Part shown: positions 24,823 to 36,600 of the stretch, in pieces
Layout of the letters: the number at the start of each line of letters is the position of its first letter
Numbering within the stretch: the first letter of the stretch is position 1
Source: Microthyrium microscopicum
Lineage: Eukaryota
Assembly: GCA_010405405.1 (NCBI GenBank)
Contig: MU004237.1
Location: 2,181,345 to 2,245,344 of the forward strand
Direction: 5' to 3'
DNA: 64,000 nucleotides
Translations under genes and position numbers: made by a program
The notes under the pieces: generated by a model
The model's input: only the letters and a program-made list of their open reading frames with translations
Database searches by the model: none
What the model was told of the DNA's origin: nothing

Positions 24823-26196
24823 ATGATGGACGACGATCACTTGCAGGACACCCAGAGAGAAACCGTACCGGAGAAAATTGAAACTGTCGAGGATGTTAGC
24901 TCCGATGCTCAGGATTTCAATCCTAGGTTGATAGCCACGAAGGAGCAAACAGACATACTACCTGAGGATACTTCACCCATTCAGAAAAGCGATCTACGGC
25001 GTTGTCAATTGTATATCTTCCTGGAATAATAATTGAAGGCCACTGACATTGATGCAGATCACCGGATGGAACGTCTCTTCTTCTTGTCAGCGCATCTGGC
25101 TCCAAAACGTCAAGTCTGCTAGAAACCATAATTCTTCCCCCGGATCTATTAACAGAATCCACTAAGCAATTGGCAACATACTCGTCGATAACTCTGCCAG
25201 AGCAAGTCCGCACAACAGCGACATATCCCTTCTTTGATTTAAGCCAGCCCAGTAGTCTACTTCAGCTCGTGTCTCTTCCAGATCATCCATTGCGGCTAGT
25301 TAATTCTCTTGCATTAGATTCGGGCATAGTCGCAACTTATCCATATATCATCCCCACGACCGAGGCGTACCTTTGCCCACACAGTCTTTTATTCACACCC
25401 GATGGGACGCACTTCTTCGCTGGAGTGGATTCCCAGCTGGCCATTTTCGATGTGAGTCGACAAAAGGCTGATCCCGTTCGTGTTTCCAAGCTGCGCCCTA
25501 ATGGATACCTGGGAAAGCAGTACGAATGGAGAATGAGACGGGGCATTGTAAGCACCATGGACATATCACAGCATAACCTCTTAGCTATTGGAACTTTTGG
25601 TCGCGAAATTGGCTTGGTAGAGTCTGGCGGTTGGGGCCAATGCAGCACAGTTATTGATCTAAAAGATGGAGCTGAAGGTTCAGGTGTCTCTAAAGTCAAA
25701 TGGAGTACTTGTGGGTCATATCTTCTCGTTGGAGAACGACAAAGTGATGCTATCCAGGTCTTTGATGTTAGAGGCAAACATGAACTACTACAGACATTTG
25801 TCGGCCGACATGCAATGAGCATGATGCCGCTCGGCTGGGATCTGACTCCTAATGGAGAAGTCTGGGCTGGTGGAATGGATGGTCATGTCCGTATTTGGGA
25901 AGGCATTGGCAAATCAGAAGGAGATGTCGTTGCTTCTGCATCATGGAAAGCGCATGAAGGTAAGCTTTCGAACAGCCATAGGGGCGATGCAAACTAACCA
26001 TATCTTCCTAGACGTTACTATAGCTACAGAGGTACACTCCTCTGGATCAGTCATAATAACTGGATCAGCCGAGGACAGGAACAGAAAACGAGGCAATAGT
26101 GGTCATGAAGACGACGATATCTCTGATAATGACTCGCAGTCATCTCAAGCAACTGATGATGAACTTGACGCCTCAATCAAGGTTTGGAGCTTGTGA
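24823..26196 (+). CDS. WD40 protein, WRAP53/TCAB1 (Swt21)-like
   Basis: Introns 25011-25057 and 25960-26011. Motifs QLSPDGTSLL, DHPLRLVNS, PHSLLFTPDGTHFFAG, IFDVSR, VWAGGMDGHVRIW, SIKVWSL. Confidence 0.8.
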
Positions 26197-26502
26197 CGAG
26201 ACAGGTTGCTGCTGTCCTTTGGCACTTGACACCTTCGATCTTATGCACAGATATGACGCTTTCATTACAGGATGTTCAGTTGCAACCAGGGTCAGCAAGA
26301 TCAGATGTCCATTGGAATATTCCTTCTGGCGTCTTATGGAGTAAAAGATATAATTCATGCTTTGCAACGCTCGTAATATCCAGGCTCAACTAAACCATCA
26401 ATCCATATAAAATACATCACGAGATATCTTCATGGACCCTCAGATATCCGGAACTCCGTTCTCTGTCAACAGCGACAATCATGGAAATCCAATATATCCA
26501 CT

Positions 26503-27581
26503 CTATCCGTCCTTTTTCCCGTTCTGTGTGGGTTTCGCAGGCTGACCGGTCGAAGAAGCTGTCGAGCTTATCTTTTCGGGCGTTACTGCTGGTCCAGAAT
26601 ATGGCGCAAATCCTCCAGGCGGGACTGATTTTGGCTGATCAGGCTTTGGTGGATCTGGCTTCCCTTGTTTCGGAGGCTCGGCTCCTTTTGGTTCAGATTT
26701 GGGCTTTGCTGGTGATTGCTGTTGGGCTTGCTTTGGAGCTGCCTGACCCGGTGGTGCCGTCGGAAGTGGAGTGCCCATCTGCTGTTTTGTTGACGATGGA
26801 GATGCGGGTTTGGGAGCTTGCTGTGGTTGAGCTGGGGCTTTCGGCGCTGCCGCTTGGGACTGCGCTGGAGCTTTTGGAGCAGGCTGTTGCTGAGCTGGGG
26901 CTTTGGGAGCCGGTTGTTGCTGAACTGGAGCAGCTGGCGGCGCTTGTTGAGCAGCCTTTGGAGGCGCTTTTTGTTGCCCTCCTTGCATTTGCTGTAACTG
27001 GGCCAGCGAAATGCAGATGAAGGGTCCGGCGTTTGTTTGCTGTAGCATAGCGCCTTGAGGAAGAGACTGAGGGGCCATCGGAGAGCCCATTTGAGGTGCT
27101 GCAGGAGGCTGTTGAGGAGCTTGCGCAGGCTGTGCTGGAGCTTGCTGACCACCTTGAGCCGGTGGTGGTTGCGATGAGCCACCGAGCCCGCCGAGTGCGT
27201 TCGTCAATCCTCCAACGAGGCCGCCGCCATTTTGACCATTTCCAAGGAGGGCCCCTACATATTGTTAGTGCTTCTTGGACGAGGTAACATGTTTCGTGTA
27301 ATACCGAGCAATCCGCCGCCTCCTTGTTGTTGTTGGCCGCCCTGTTGCTGGCCGCCTTGTGGAGGAGGGCCGTTCAGAAGAGTTCCTGAGAGGAATTTAG
27401 CATTCTGACTGGATTAAACTACTGATTTCGTCGTACCGACAGTGCCCACGAGGTTTCCTAGCAGTCCACCGCCGCCCTGTGCAGGCTCGGTTACAGATCC
27501 AAGCAATTGGCCTTGCGGCATTGAGTTTACCAGCGCCACATTGGACGCAAGTCCGATAAGGCTGAGAGTACGAATCATCAT
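26503..27581 (-). CDS. Secreted Gln/Pro/Ala-rich low-complexity protein
   Basis: Signal-like start MMIRTLSLIGLASNVALVNSMPQ. Two short introns near 27260-27305 and 27390-27437 lead into ORF 26503-27207, which has QQQPAPKAPA repeats. Confidence 0.75.
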
Positions 27582-28128
27582 GGATACTATAATTTAACGA
27601 ATGTGATGGGCACTGGTAGCTTCACAGGATGGGAGTGAGTTTGTCAAAATCAGCAGTATCACGAATCGACTACAAAGGCGACCATGGTCCACAATATATC
27701 AAGTACTACAAGCCGTCCGACTATTCAATGGCCTCCAGGATACGATAGGAAAACTTGATTTACTTCATAGTTAGCGATAGTAGTATTGCAGGCCTCTCTT
27801 CATATCGAGTCCACATCACGAGTGGCCGGTGGCTCGATGAACCGTAAAATCTCTCAACAACGAGCAAGCTAGAAGAATCAATGCTGACGACGATGTTAAA
27901 GCTGGTTTGTGATAGGTTTAAGGTGTGATACCAATATAGTTAGTGCAAGCTATTTGATATCAGGCACATTCGAAGCGGGATTGACAGCGTCACATTGGCC
28001 AAAATGTTCGCGGTGACGGCATTGCTGTACGAATTCTGGCTATCTCCCCTGTTGGTACGGAAATTAAGCAAGTCTACTTTGGGCAGATAGTGGTCGGTGA
28101 GCTGCAAATCAAGTCGGACTTGATATTG

Positions 28129-28163
28129 ACAGGGCTCGATATGGATACAGGGCTCGATATGGA
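28129..28163. repeat. 18-nt tandem duplication
   Basis: ACAGGGCTCGATATGGA(T) occurs twice. Confidence 0.9.
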
Positions 28164-28410
28164 ATCAGTGCGGCTGCTTTAGGCACGAAGAACATGGGAA
28201 TCTGGGGATGCGATTTCGCGCTATGTTCTTGAGCTTGGTCCAGCATCCTGAAATCAAATACAGTAAATGATCGGTGATGTCAACCTTTTAACATTAGATG
28301 GATTCTTTCACCAAAGGCCCAGATGTGCCTTCCGGACGATATTGTTATAGTGACAGAGCAAATCAAGCTCTTGATTACCTAGGTATACTATCTTACATGA
28401 TAGCCTACCA

Positions 28411-29992
28411 CTATTCATCCTTCTTTTGGACCTTTGGTAGACAAAGCCACAAAATGAACAATGTCGACAGTAATGCTAGTGCAATCGGTTGCAATACTTG
28501 AACGCCCTTGTCAGAATTCTGCGCAATGGCACCAACAGCAAAAGGGAAAGCAGATGCTCCTCCACCACCACAAGCCGCTGCGAACCCTATAGCAAAGACA
28601 TGTAAATGTCGCGGTAGAAGCTTCATCGACTCTACAACGGCGGCCGGGAACAGAGGGCCAATGAAGAATCCTACCAGAGCAACTGCCACGGCTGATACAT
28701 GAAATTGAGGAACAAGCCAAAATACTAGCTCAAGACCCATGGCTATTGGTATATAGATCTGGGACAGTTAGCCAATAGGAGGCGCCAGAGTTAACATCTT
28801 GCTTACCATGACAGACAGACGCTCACCAATTCTAGGAGTGACGAATCCAAGCACAACGCGTCCAATGGTCATACCCAGCCAGAAGCCCGTTCCGGCCATA
28901 CCACTAGCAAATGGAGAAGCATGGCGTACTCGAAGCATGAATTCGACGATCCAGCCACCAAGAGCAACTTCAACACCCATGTAGATGAATAAGAATACAG
29001 TTAGAATCCAAGTAGTTCGAGCCGCTGGAAGCGACAATAAAGCTTCCTTGAACGGAGGACCACTCTTCTCCGTAGGTCTCGGATGCGATGCGCGAAACGC
29101 TTTGCCATCCTGTTTCCAGAAAGCCAGGCTACTCCAGACAAGTTCGAGACCCGAGAAGCCTATCATGAGATAATAGAAAGTATACCATGGTAAGTGAGCT
29201 TTAGTGATCAAACTGGTAGCAATGAGTGGAGAGAGTGTGGCGCCGAGTCCATAAAAGGCGTGTAGGAAGCCCATGATTTCGTTGACATTCGCCATGTTGG
29301 CTACCCAAGCATTCCAGCCGGCATCCGCAAGGCCACCGCCGAACCCAGAGAATATGTAGATGACGATAAGAGCTGGGAATGGTGGGTGCAATGATGCTGC
29401 TGTGTAGGAAATAAGATGGCAGGAAGCGCAGATGATGGCTATACCTCGCTGACCAAAGTGGTGGTGTATTTTGTCGTTAGAGAATGCAGAGAGGGCATAT
29501 CCGCACAAAGGCGAGAGGAAGAGAAGTGATACGACAGTATATGATGCATGGTAGTAGGTTTCAAGCTATTTTGTTTAGTTTCCATGGCTGTGGTATGCAG
29601 TGATATCGGCTTACATATGGTAGCATTGCCTTGGTAAACGATTAGCATATGATCAATCTTGCAAAGCTTCAAAACTTACACCAACAGCAGCATCATTTGC
29701 TCCCAGAATGATGAACGTCCAGAACGCAGCTCCTAGTCTTCAATATGTAAGCATCAATGGCCAAAAGCCTGACTTATTTATGGTTCTATACATACCGAAA
29801 GATGTTGGCTCTCGGTTTGTTCCATCTTTGAACTTCCTCAACTGCCTCAAGATGCTGTCCATCTCCCACGAAGTTGTCAGCCTTGCGTTCTAGCTCATTA
29901 AAGGTTTGGGCGTGTTTCTCATTCGAAAGAGCTTGATCTCCATCAACCCTTGAAAAATTGTTGAGTTCGATGACAGAGGTGGATGTGGTCAT
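28411..29992 (-). CDS. MFS transporter (Bsc6-like/fucose permease type)
   Basis: ATG 29992. Motifs RWNKPRANIFR, LGANDAAVG, GFLHAFYGLGATLSP, YMGVEVALGGWIV, GFWLGMTIGR, GPLFP. Four introns, including a 15-nt micro-exon (AMLPY). Confidence 0.9.
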
Positions 29993-30535
29993 GGTGATTC
30001 GCAAAAGCAACAAAGCCGTTCAATGAAATTGGATTTCGACAGCTCTAGACAACCCAATCGTTAGATATCTTGCTATCATTTTCATGAGGAGAGCTTTAGC
30101 TTTTTATACTCTACCTTTCGGCGGGGCTGCGGGCCGGAATGAAGATGCCAAGTGAAGGGATAACCGTTGGATTGACGATCATTGAGCTGCTAGGCCGGCA
30201 TAGGCAAGCTTATCCAGACCACGTTTTCCATCTCGGGACCGACATACGTAGCATTATATGTATGAGGCAGTGAGTGAGATATCTCTTGTCATAGTTCTTC
30301 TGCGCTCTATTACCTAAACTCAATGAATGATCATTTGCTGATTGGAAATACACCGAGCATAACCTGTCATCTCCAGTCAGTCGGTCAAGGAGATCAGTGC
30401 TAAGAACCTTAGGGTAGTGCGTTTGCTGAGAATTATCGATATGGTAGCTCAATTGAATATGAACAGATGACATTGAGCTTGGATAACCAAGGTAAGAGAA
30501 ATTGCTGACATTACCACATTGAGCCATTAACAAAT

Positions 30536-31913
30536 CTATGCCATTTCAAACTCATAAAAAACATAGGCAGCATATTCTTCACCACCACCTTGACCGGCAG
30601 CTTGTAAATCAGCTTGCACAGACTGATCGTCCTTCTGAACTCGACCCTTCTTGTCTCTACCGAAGGCATTGCCTCCAAGGTACGAGTAACTCGAGTCGAG
30701 GTTGCCCCTGATCTTCTTTGCGAGTTTCTCGTTTGTCTATAAACAATTAGTAGGAGAAATATTGGAGGTAAACAAAAGCTGACCATTATCAAACCACATA
30801 TAAACTCGAGTGGCAGGCCATAGCGCAAGACTGTTTCCACAAACACTCGCAATGCAAGAACGTGTACCCAGATCATTGCGCTTTCGCTATAACCAGTTCT
30901 ACCCATTCTTAAAGCTTCGCCCCAAACTTTCCTTTCCTCTTTGCTTAAACTTTCAACTTCTTTGAGTTCTTCTTCTTTCCCACCCTCGGAATATTTGAAG
31001 TCTCGTGGTATCCATCTCATTTCGCGGCATTTATGTACAAACTGCGCTGAGAATTTCTTGAATGAGGTGACTGCAAAGAGTGTGAACTCGTCATCCGATG
31101 CGATTTGAATTGAAGACCGAGGAACAACCATTTCAGAGACGCTTTCGTAGTGTTTGAGGTAATCTTTCACGAGGGAATTTGGGACAGCAATGAGGTGGGT
31201 TTCTAGATATTCGGAGTCTTGAACAAGAGCGCTTGGAGGTACGATAGAAGCCAGAGATCGTGTCGATAGATTCCCCCTACGTCTTGTTAGCTAGATCTAC
31301 TAGATGAAAGGGAAGCTGACTCTTGTCTTCGCTTGGAGGCGGTAAGGTTAGTCTTAATTTGGTTGTATTGGTTGAACTTGGCTTTCACATCGTTGTCAAT
31401 GCCTTGGATTTCCTGAACCACATCAGTAAGAAGCTTTCCCTAGGCTCCGTGATATGTCCCACCTTTTGTAGGGAGTCCAGCAAATCTGCGATTGGTTTAT
31501 CTGCTCGATATTTGACCTTGTTCCACTGGAAAGTACGAAGATATTGTTCGACAGGTTCTATTCCAATATTTAGCAAAATTGAGGATCTTCTTGAGAGCTT
31601 AAGAGAGCTTCATACTGTCATTTATGGTCTTCTGCTGGGATATCTTGTCCTCATCTCCATCTAGAATTGTCCTTAGGGAGTCCCCCATCTTGTTCACCAC
31701 AGCTTCACACGCATGATTGAGCTTCGATAGATCGTCGGCCTGTTGAACCAAAGCATCTAACGTGCCAATTTTGAAAGTCGGGATCGCGAACGAGTAGGTG
31801 GAGCCGTCTCTCGCGACGCCGGATTCGAGAGCTTTAAGGGCATCTTCCTTATCGTTTGAGGACGCGATAGAGGTTGGGAGGGACACGAGCAAGAATCTAC
31901 TGCTCCTCGACAT
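30536..31913 (-). CDS. VMA5: V-type proton ATPase subunit C
   Basis: FKIGTLDALV, FQWNKVKYR, GNLSTRSL, SEYLETHLIAVP, RVFVETVLRYGLP, YSYLGGNAF across five exons; stop TAG at 30536-30538. Confidence 0.96.
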
Positions 31914-32145
31914 GTTTTCGAGCAGGTCTCACACTAGAGGCAAACAAAAACCAGAGAAGGAGTAGAACAGGTACTGGTGATAGCAAGTGGTGGTGGAGTC
32001 GAGATTGCATGAAGCAGATCCAAAAGGCCCGAGCTCCACCCCGCGCCCGCCTTCGTTTTTCGTTCTAGACATTCTGCATCGTCAACTTCTCCGAATCTCG
32101 ACCTAGTCACTGCGCAATTGTGTCTCAACAACGTCTGCTGGAGCT
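31914..32145. promoter_or_regulatory. Short bidirectional promoter region between VMA5 and GCV1
   Basis: The two ATGs are divergent and 232 nt apart, with a GC-rich core CCCCGCGCCCGCC. Confidence 0.6.
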
Positions 32146-33617
32146 ATGAAACGGGCTCAATCGTCCTCTTTACGGGCATTCTTATGCATTCGCCCGGCAT
32201 TTAGACCTTTACCTCGAGCTGCTGCGGTCCACCAACCCATCGCATTACGATCAAATTGCCCCACATTTCTTCGCCATTCAAGAGTCACACAAGCTTCGCT
32301 ACCATTGCTGTCGAGAAGAGGATTCGCGTCAACTGTGACAAGATATGAGGACCTCAAAAAGACGCCTCTTTATGATCTTCATGTCCAACATGGCGGAAAG
32401 ATGGTAGAATTCGGTGGTCATTCGATGCCGGTTCAATATAGCGGACAAAGTATAATAGACTCTTCAAGGTGGACGAGAGAGAAGGCCAGTGTGTTTGATG
32501 TCAGCCACATGTTAGTCTATCATCGCGCCCCTTGAGCAATTCACTGACCAGGTCCAGGACGCAGCACAAATTTGTTGGACCGAAAGCAGCAGCATTTTTA
32601 GAGTCAATTTCTCCTGGTCCAGTGTCATCTCTGAAACCATTCCAAGGAACATATTCCGCATTTCTTAATGAAAATGCTGGCATCGTAGATGATACCATCA
32701 TAACTAATATCACCGAGGCCGCTCCTACTTTTCACGTTGTGACCAATGCGGGAAACTACGAGAACAACCTCAAGTATCTTCAGCAAGAGTTGAACAAATT
32801 CACGTCAAAGCATGGGAAGGATGGTGTAGCTTGGGAGGTCATACAAAATACTGGACTCGTTGCTTTACAAGGTCCCATGGCCTCAGACATTCTCCAAACT
32901 CTCCAACCCGAGCACGATTTCCAGCCTTTTGACCTCGACACTTTAACCTTTGGCAACTCAAAGTGGCTTACCTTCCGTGAGCCGAACGGGAGCGACGTCA
33001 CATGGTCGAGCCTAGTCGCGCGAACAGGATACACAGGCGAGGACGGCTTCGAACTATCCATACCACATCCTGAACCTGCCGAAAACACAACCCAATCGTT
33101 CACAGAAACTATTCTAAGCACGGGAGGAACCGATCGCGTTCGCCTTGCTGGATTGGGCGCGCGTGATGCCTTAAGGCTCGAGGCTGGGTTATGTTTGCAC
33201 GGTCATGATATCAATGATACCACAACGCCACTACAAGCGTCGCTCCTCTGGATCATTCCGAAAGCTCGCCGATCAGCCGACGCGGGCTTCAATGGCGCCG
33301 ACAAGCTGTTTGGGCCTAACAAAATTAAGGAGGACCCTGTACTTCGTCGCGTTGGTATGGTCTTGGAAGGTAGAGGCCCATCCGCTCGAGAAGGAGACAA
33401 AGTATACAGTGACGCAGAAGGAACTCATGAAGTCGGTACAATCACATCTGGAGCACCAGGTCCAACTTTAGGCAAGAATATTGCCATGGGCTACGTACAG
33501 AAAGACGTTGGCAAAGCAGGTGTACCATGTTGGATCAAGGTACGAGGCAAACTACGAGCAGCCACATTTGCAAAGATGCCATTTGTCCCAGCCAAATACT
33601 TTAAAGGCAAAGCGTAG
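32146..33617 (+). CDS. GCV1: Glycine cleavage system T protein (aminomethyltransferase), mitochondrial
   Basis: Presequence, [14 protein letters not shown]; intron 32511-32557; [36 protein letters not shown]. Confidence 0.96.
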
Positions 33618-36600
33618 AGATGTCGACGTTTTTCCAACTCTAGATACCCGAACGATGGCAGTCAATACCTGCATGAGATGATTCATCAGTCCTGTATTTG
33701 TAGAACAACATTTAACTGTACAAACTGGCGCAAGCCTGAAACCATTTCAACAGCACCAACCAAGTCATGAACTGTTCATTTCCCAAGACCGCTATCTATT
33801 CTTACTTGCCACGCCAATGTATTCTGTTCAACAATCCCATCCTCCTCGACCTACCTAGCCATGCCGCCCCGTTTCGCCCTGTATGCTGCTGTACCCCCTA
33901 TATCAAACCGCTAATATGAGACTGCCGCACAGCCCGCGAACGTTACCAACCGACACAGCCTTCATGTACCCCACAGCAGATTCTGCGATCGTGCAGCGTT
34001 ACTGTGCTACGCGCCTCGCGCGGTACACACCACGGGGAGCAGGGTAAGAGGGCGGAAGATGTTGTACGTCGACGCCTTGTTTGGCTGTGGGGAACGGAAC
34101 CCATAAATGACGAAAGATTTATGTACGCTGCGAAGAACTGGTAACTTGCTGCGGAGATTTATGGGGATTGTAGTAAATGAGACAACTTGTGTGAGCGAGT
34201 TTGGTTTCAAGTGATGTTTGTGTTATTGGTCTGGAAATAGGTTTGGAGGTAGTAGTAACTAGTGCTTTCTATCTTCGAGCTCGAATGATGTCGGTACATA
34301 CTTGTTCAATGAACGCTTGTATCCAGACCGTCTCATCATGACAACTTGATAGCGTTCGTAGGGTCTGTCTAACAGCAGTTGTTATCGCAATGTTTATTGC
34401 CGGACCCGATACATCTAGATATCAGATACAATCGGCGCTTATCGTACATTCGCACTTCGTACATTCCCCAAAGATAGAGGCAGCTAGCATGCAGTGTTTA
34501 AGCGAACACCATACCCATATCAGCTCAGAACTTGAGTCTACTAGCCCGATTGTTACAGACGCTAAGTATGGTCGCCGCATTCGGCCGCTTGCTACACTGG
34601 TTCTCGCCCAGATTGGCCATATCGGAGGTACAGATTCGAGCCAGCGCGAACGGGAAGGTTAAACTGTGGATTTCGTTCGGTTTCCTAGCCGTGGGAACAC
34701 TAGGAAACACCAAAGCCGTCGCGCTGGACGCACAGTGGTGACCGAGTGGGCGGTTCTGGAAAGCGTGGGATTATTTGCGGAGTTTCTCTCATGAGAGGAG
34801 CTGGTAGTCTAAGGAGATGGCTCGGCGGAAGGGTTGAGGTGGTTCGGATATGGAAACGTAACCAAGACTGCTAAGTGGTTGCTACGACGAGAGTTTAGTG
34901 TAGTTGATTGCCAAATGATAGGTGCTATATTAAGCGTTCGCTTGCATAGACTATGTGTGTTCAGTATCAATGACTATGGTAGAAACAGACGACTTCATTG
35001 AGACTTGCTACTCTCTGCACAGTGCTGGCTTGTTCGCAGGCGGCTGAAAGGTACATAAGTGTGATATATAGCGCTGGACTTCAGCGCGCGGTAGTGGATA
35101 GGTGATCTGAGCGGCCATGATAAGTCCTGGATAACGTCAGATCTCTACTGCCCACGGATAGTAGAACAACCGAACCAAGCGAAGAAGGAAGATGTTCTTG
35201 GTCTGAGAGGAGTGATGGAGATTTCACGTGTGAGGTTCGATAGTCTGGTAAGCTAAAATGGCTGCCAGAGATCAACTGACGAGAATCACTGCATGTCTGA
35301 AACTAATCGCCAGGTTTCGTTACAAGACAATCAGAGATATTAACTACTAGTCGAAGTAGTAGATTGGAGAGAGAATAGTTTTGTATTGGGGACTATTGAA
35401 ACTTTCAAGGGCGAAACATAAGGTAGATTCTGTACTGTAGCAGTTTGGTAACTCTGTACCGCAAACTTGTTGTTGAATTTATGTATCTGGGTCTTAAAAG
35501 CATTTTGATAATGGCAACTAGCTTCATGTGTGGCACTTCAACTTCCCGGCACTAACAAGTCAAAAGTGTAAGCTGTCAACTGTCAAAAGGCCGCCACAAG
35601 TGTCATGTAACAGCGTCACCAACATATCAAACCCTTTGTCTTGTTCTTGTGCAATATCTGTACAATCACCTCTCAAACTTCACGATGGAGAAAGAACAGA
35701 TATCAGAATGAAAAGACTAGACAAGCATTTGACGCGAGTATCATGCCCTGTAGTTGATCGACCTACTCTATTCAATATCATCCTGGATCCCAGCTGGCGA
35801 TGATTCAAAGATTCAGCTAGGATTCCAAAGGCAGCAAGGTCTAGCGACGGAACATTCCTTTCAACACAACATCATATGACCAAATCTTGGTGCCAATAAT
35901 TGGCCCCGTTTAGGAGATTATCCCAAGGCTATTAACGAGCATTGTGTCTTTTTCTAGGGTAGAACATACGCCGACTCATGCGGAAAACTAGATCTTGAAG
36001 TTAGCTTTCTTCACAGAACACTTACCCATGATTGCAATGATCGAGCAAGGAAATCTTGTCATAATCCAAGGCATCTGCCGCTTGCCGGTTTCCGAGCTAG
36101 AGTATACCTGGTGTAGTTGAATAGATAGCTTTTCCATTCCGAGTAACGTATTGCTTTCGTATTTATTCCAACTCTACGGGCTGTGTTCTATATTTCTACC
36201 TTGATATTTCCCAGATACCAAGAGGAACTAGTGATTGCTTCCTCCAGTCCCTGTCATATTCGAGCATAGCCTGAGACTAGATTTAAGACATGCGCATTTT
36301 CATCGTAGGTCACAAGGCATGCGCTCAATGATGCTGAACTAGCCTCAAAGCGGAACAAGGCGAAGATGAGATATCTGTTTACTTTTTGAGATTTTTGAGC
36401 CTCCATGCCACGGGAAAGCAAGGAACCAAAAAGACAATTATTTTCATGATCAACGGAGGATGCAAGTAAGAATAGACATGGATTCTTATCTTTTCTTGTG
36501 ATCGAGCGCGATCAAACGTCCCTGTATGGTAATATGCCTGAAAGTTTGAGCATATATCGAATCCTTCTATCACCACGTTTTGACCTGACTTGACTTATAT

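Noticed and set aside
26481..27182. Antisense and alternative-frame ORFs over the Gln/Pro-rich gene
   Set aside because: These are shadow ORFs of repetitive codon usage.
33618..33770. 50-codon in-frame tail after the GCV1 UAG as a readthrough extension
   Set aside because: The length is compatible with chance, there is no recognisable motif and no PTS1 ending. It is mentioned only as weak context.
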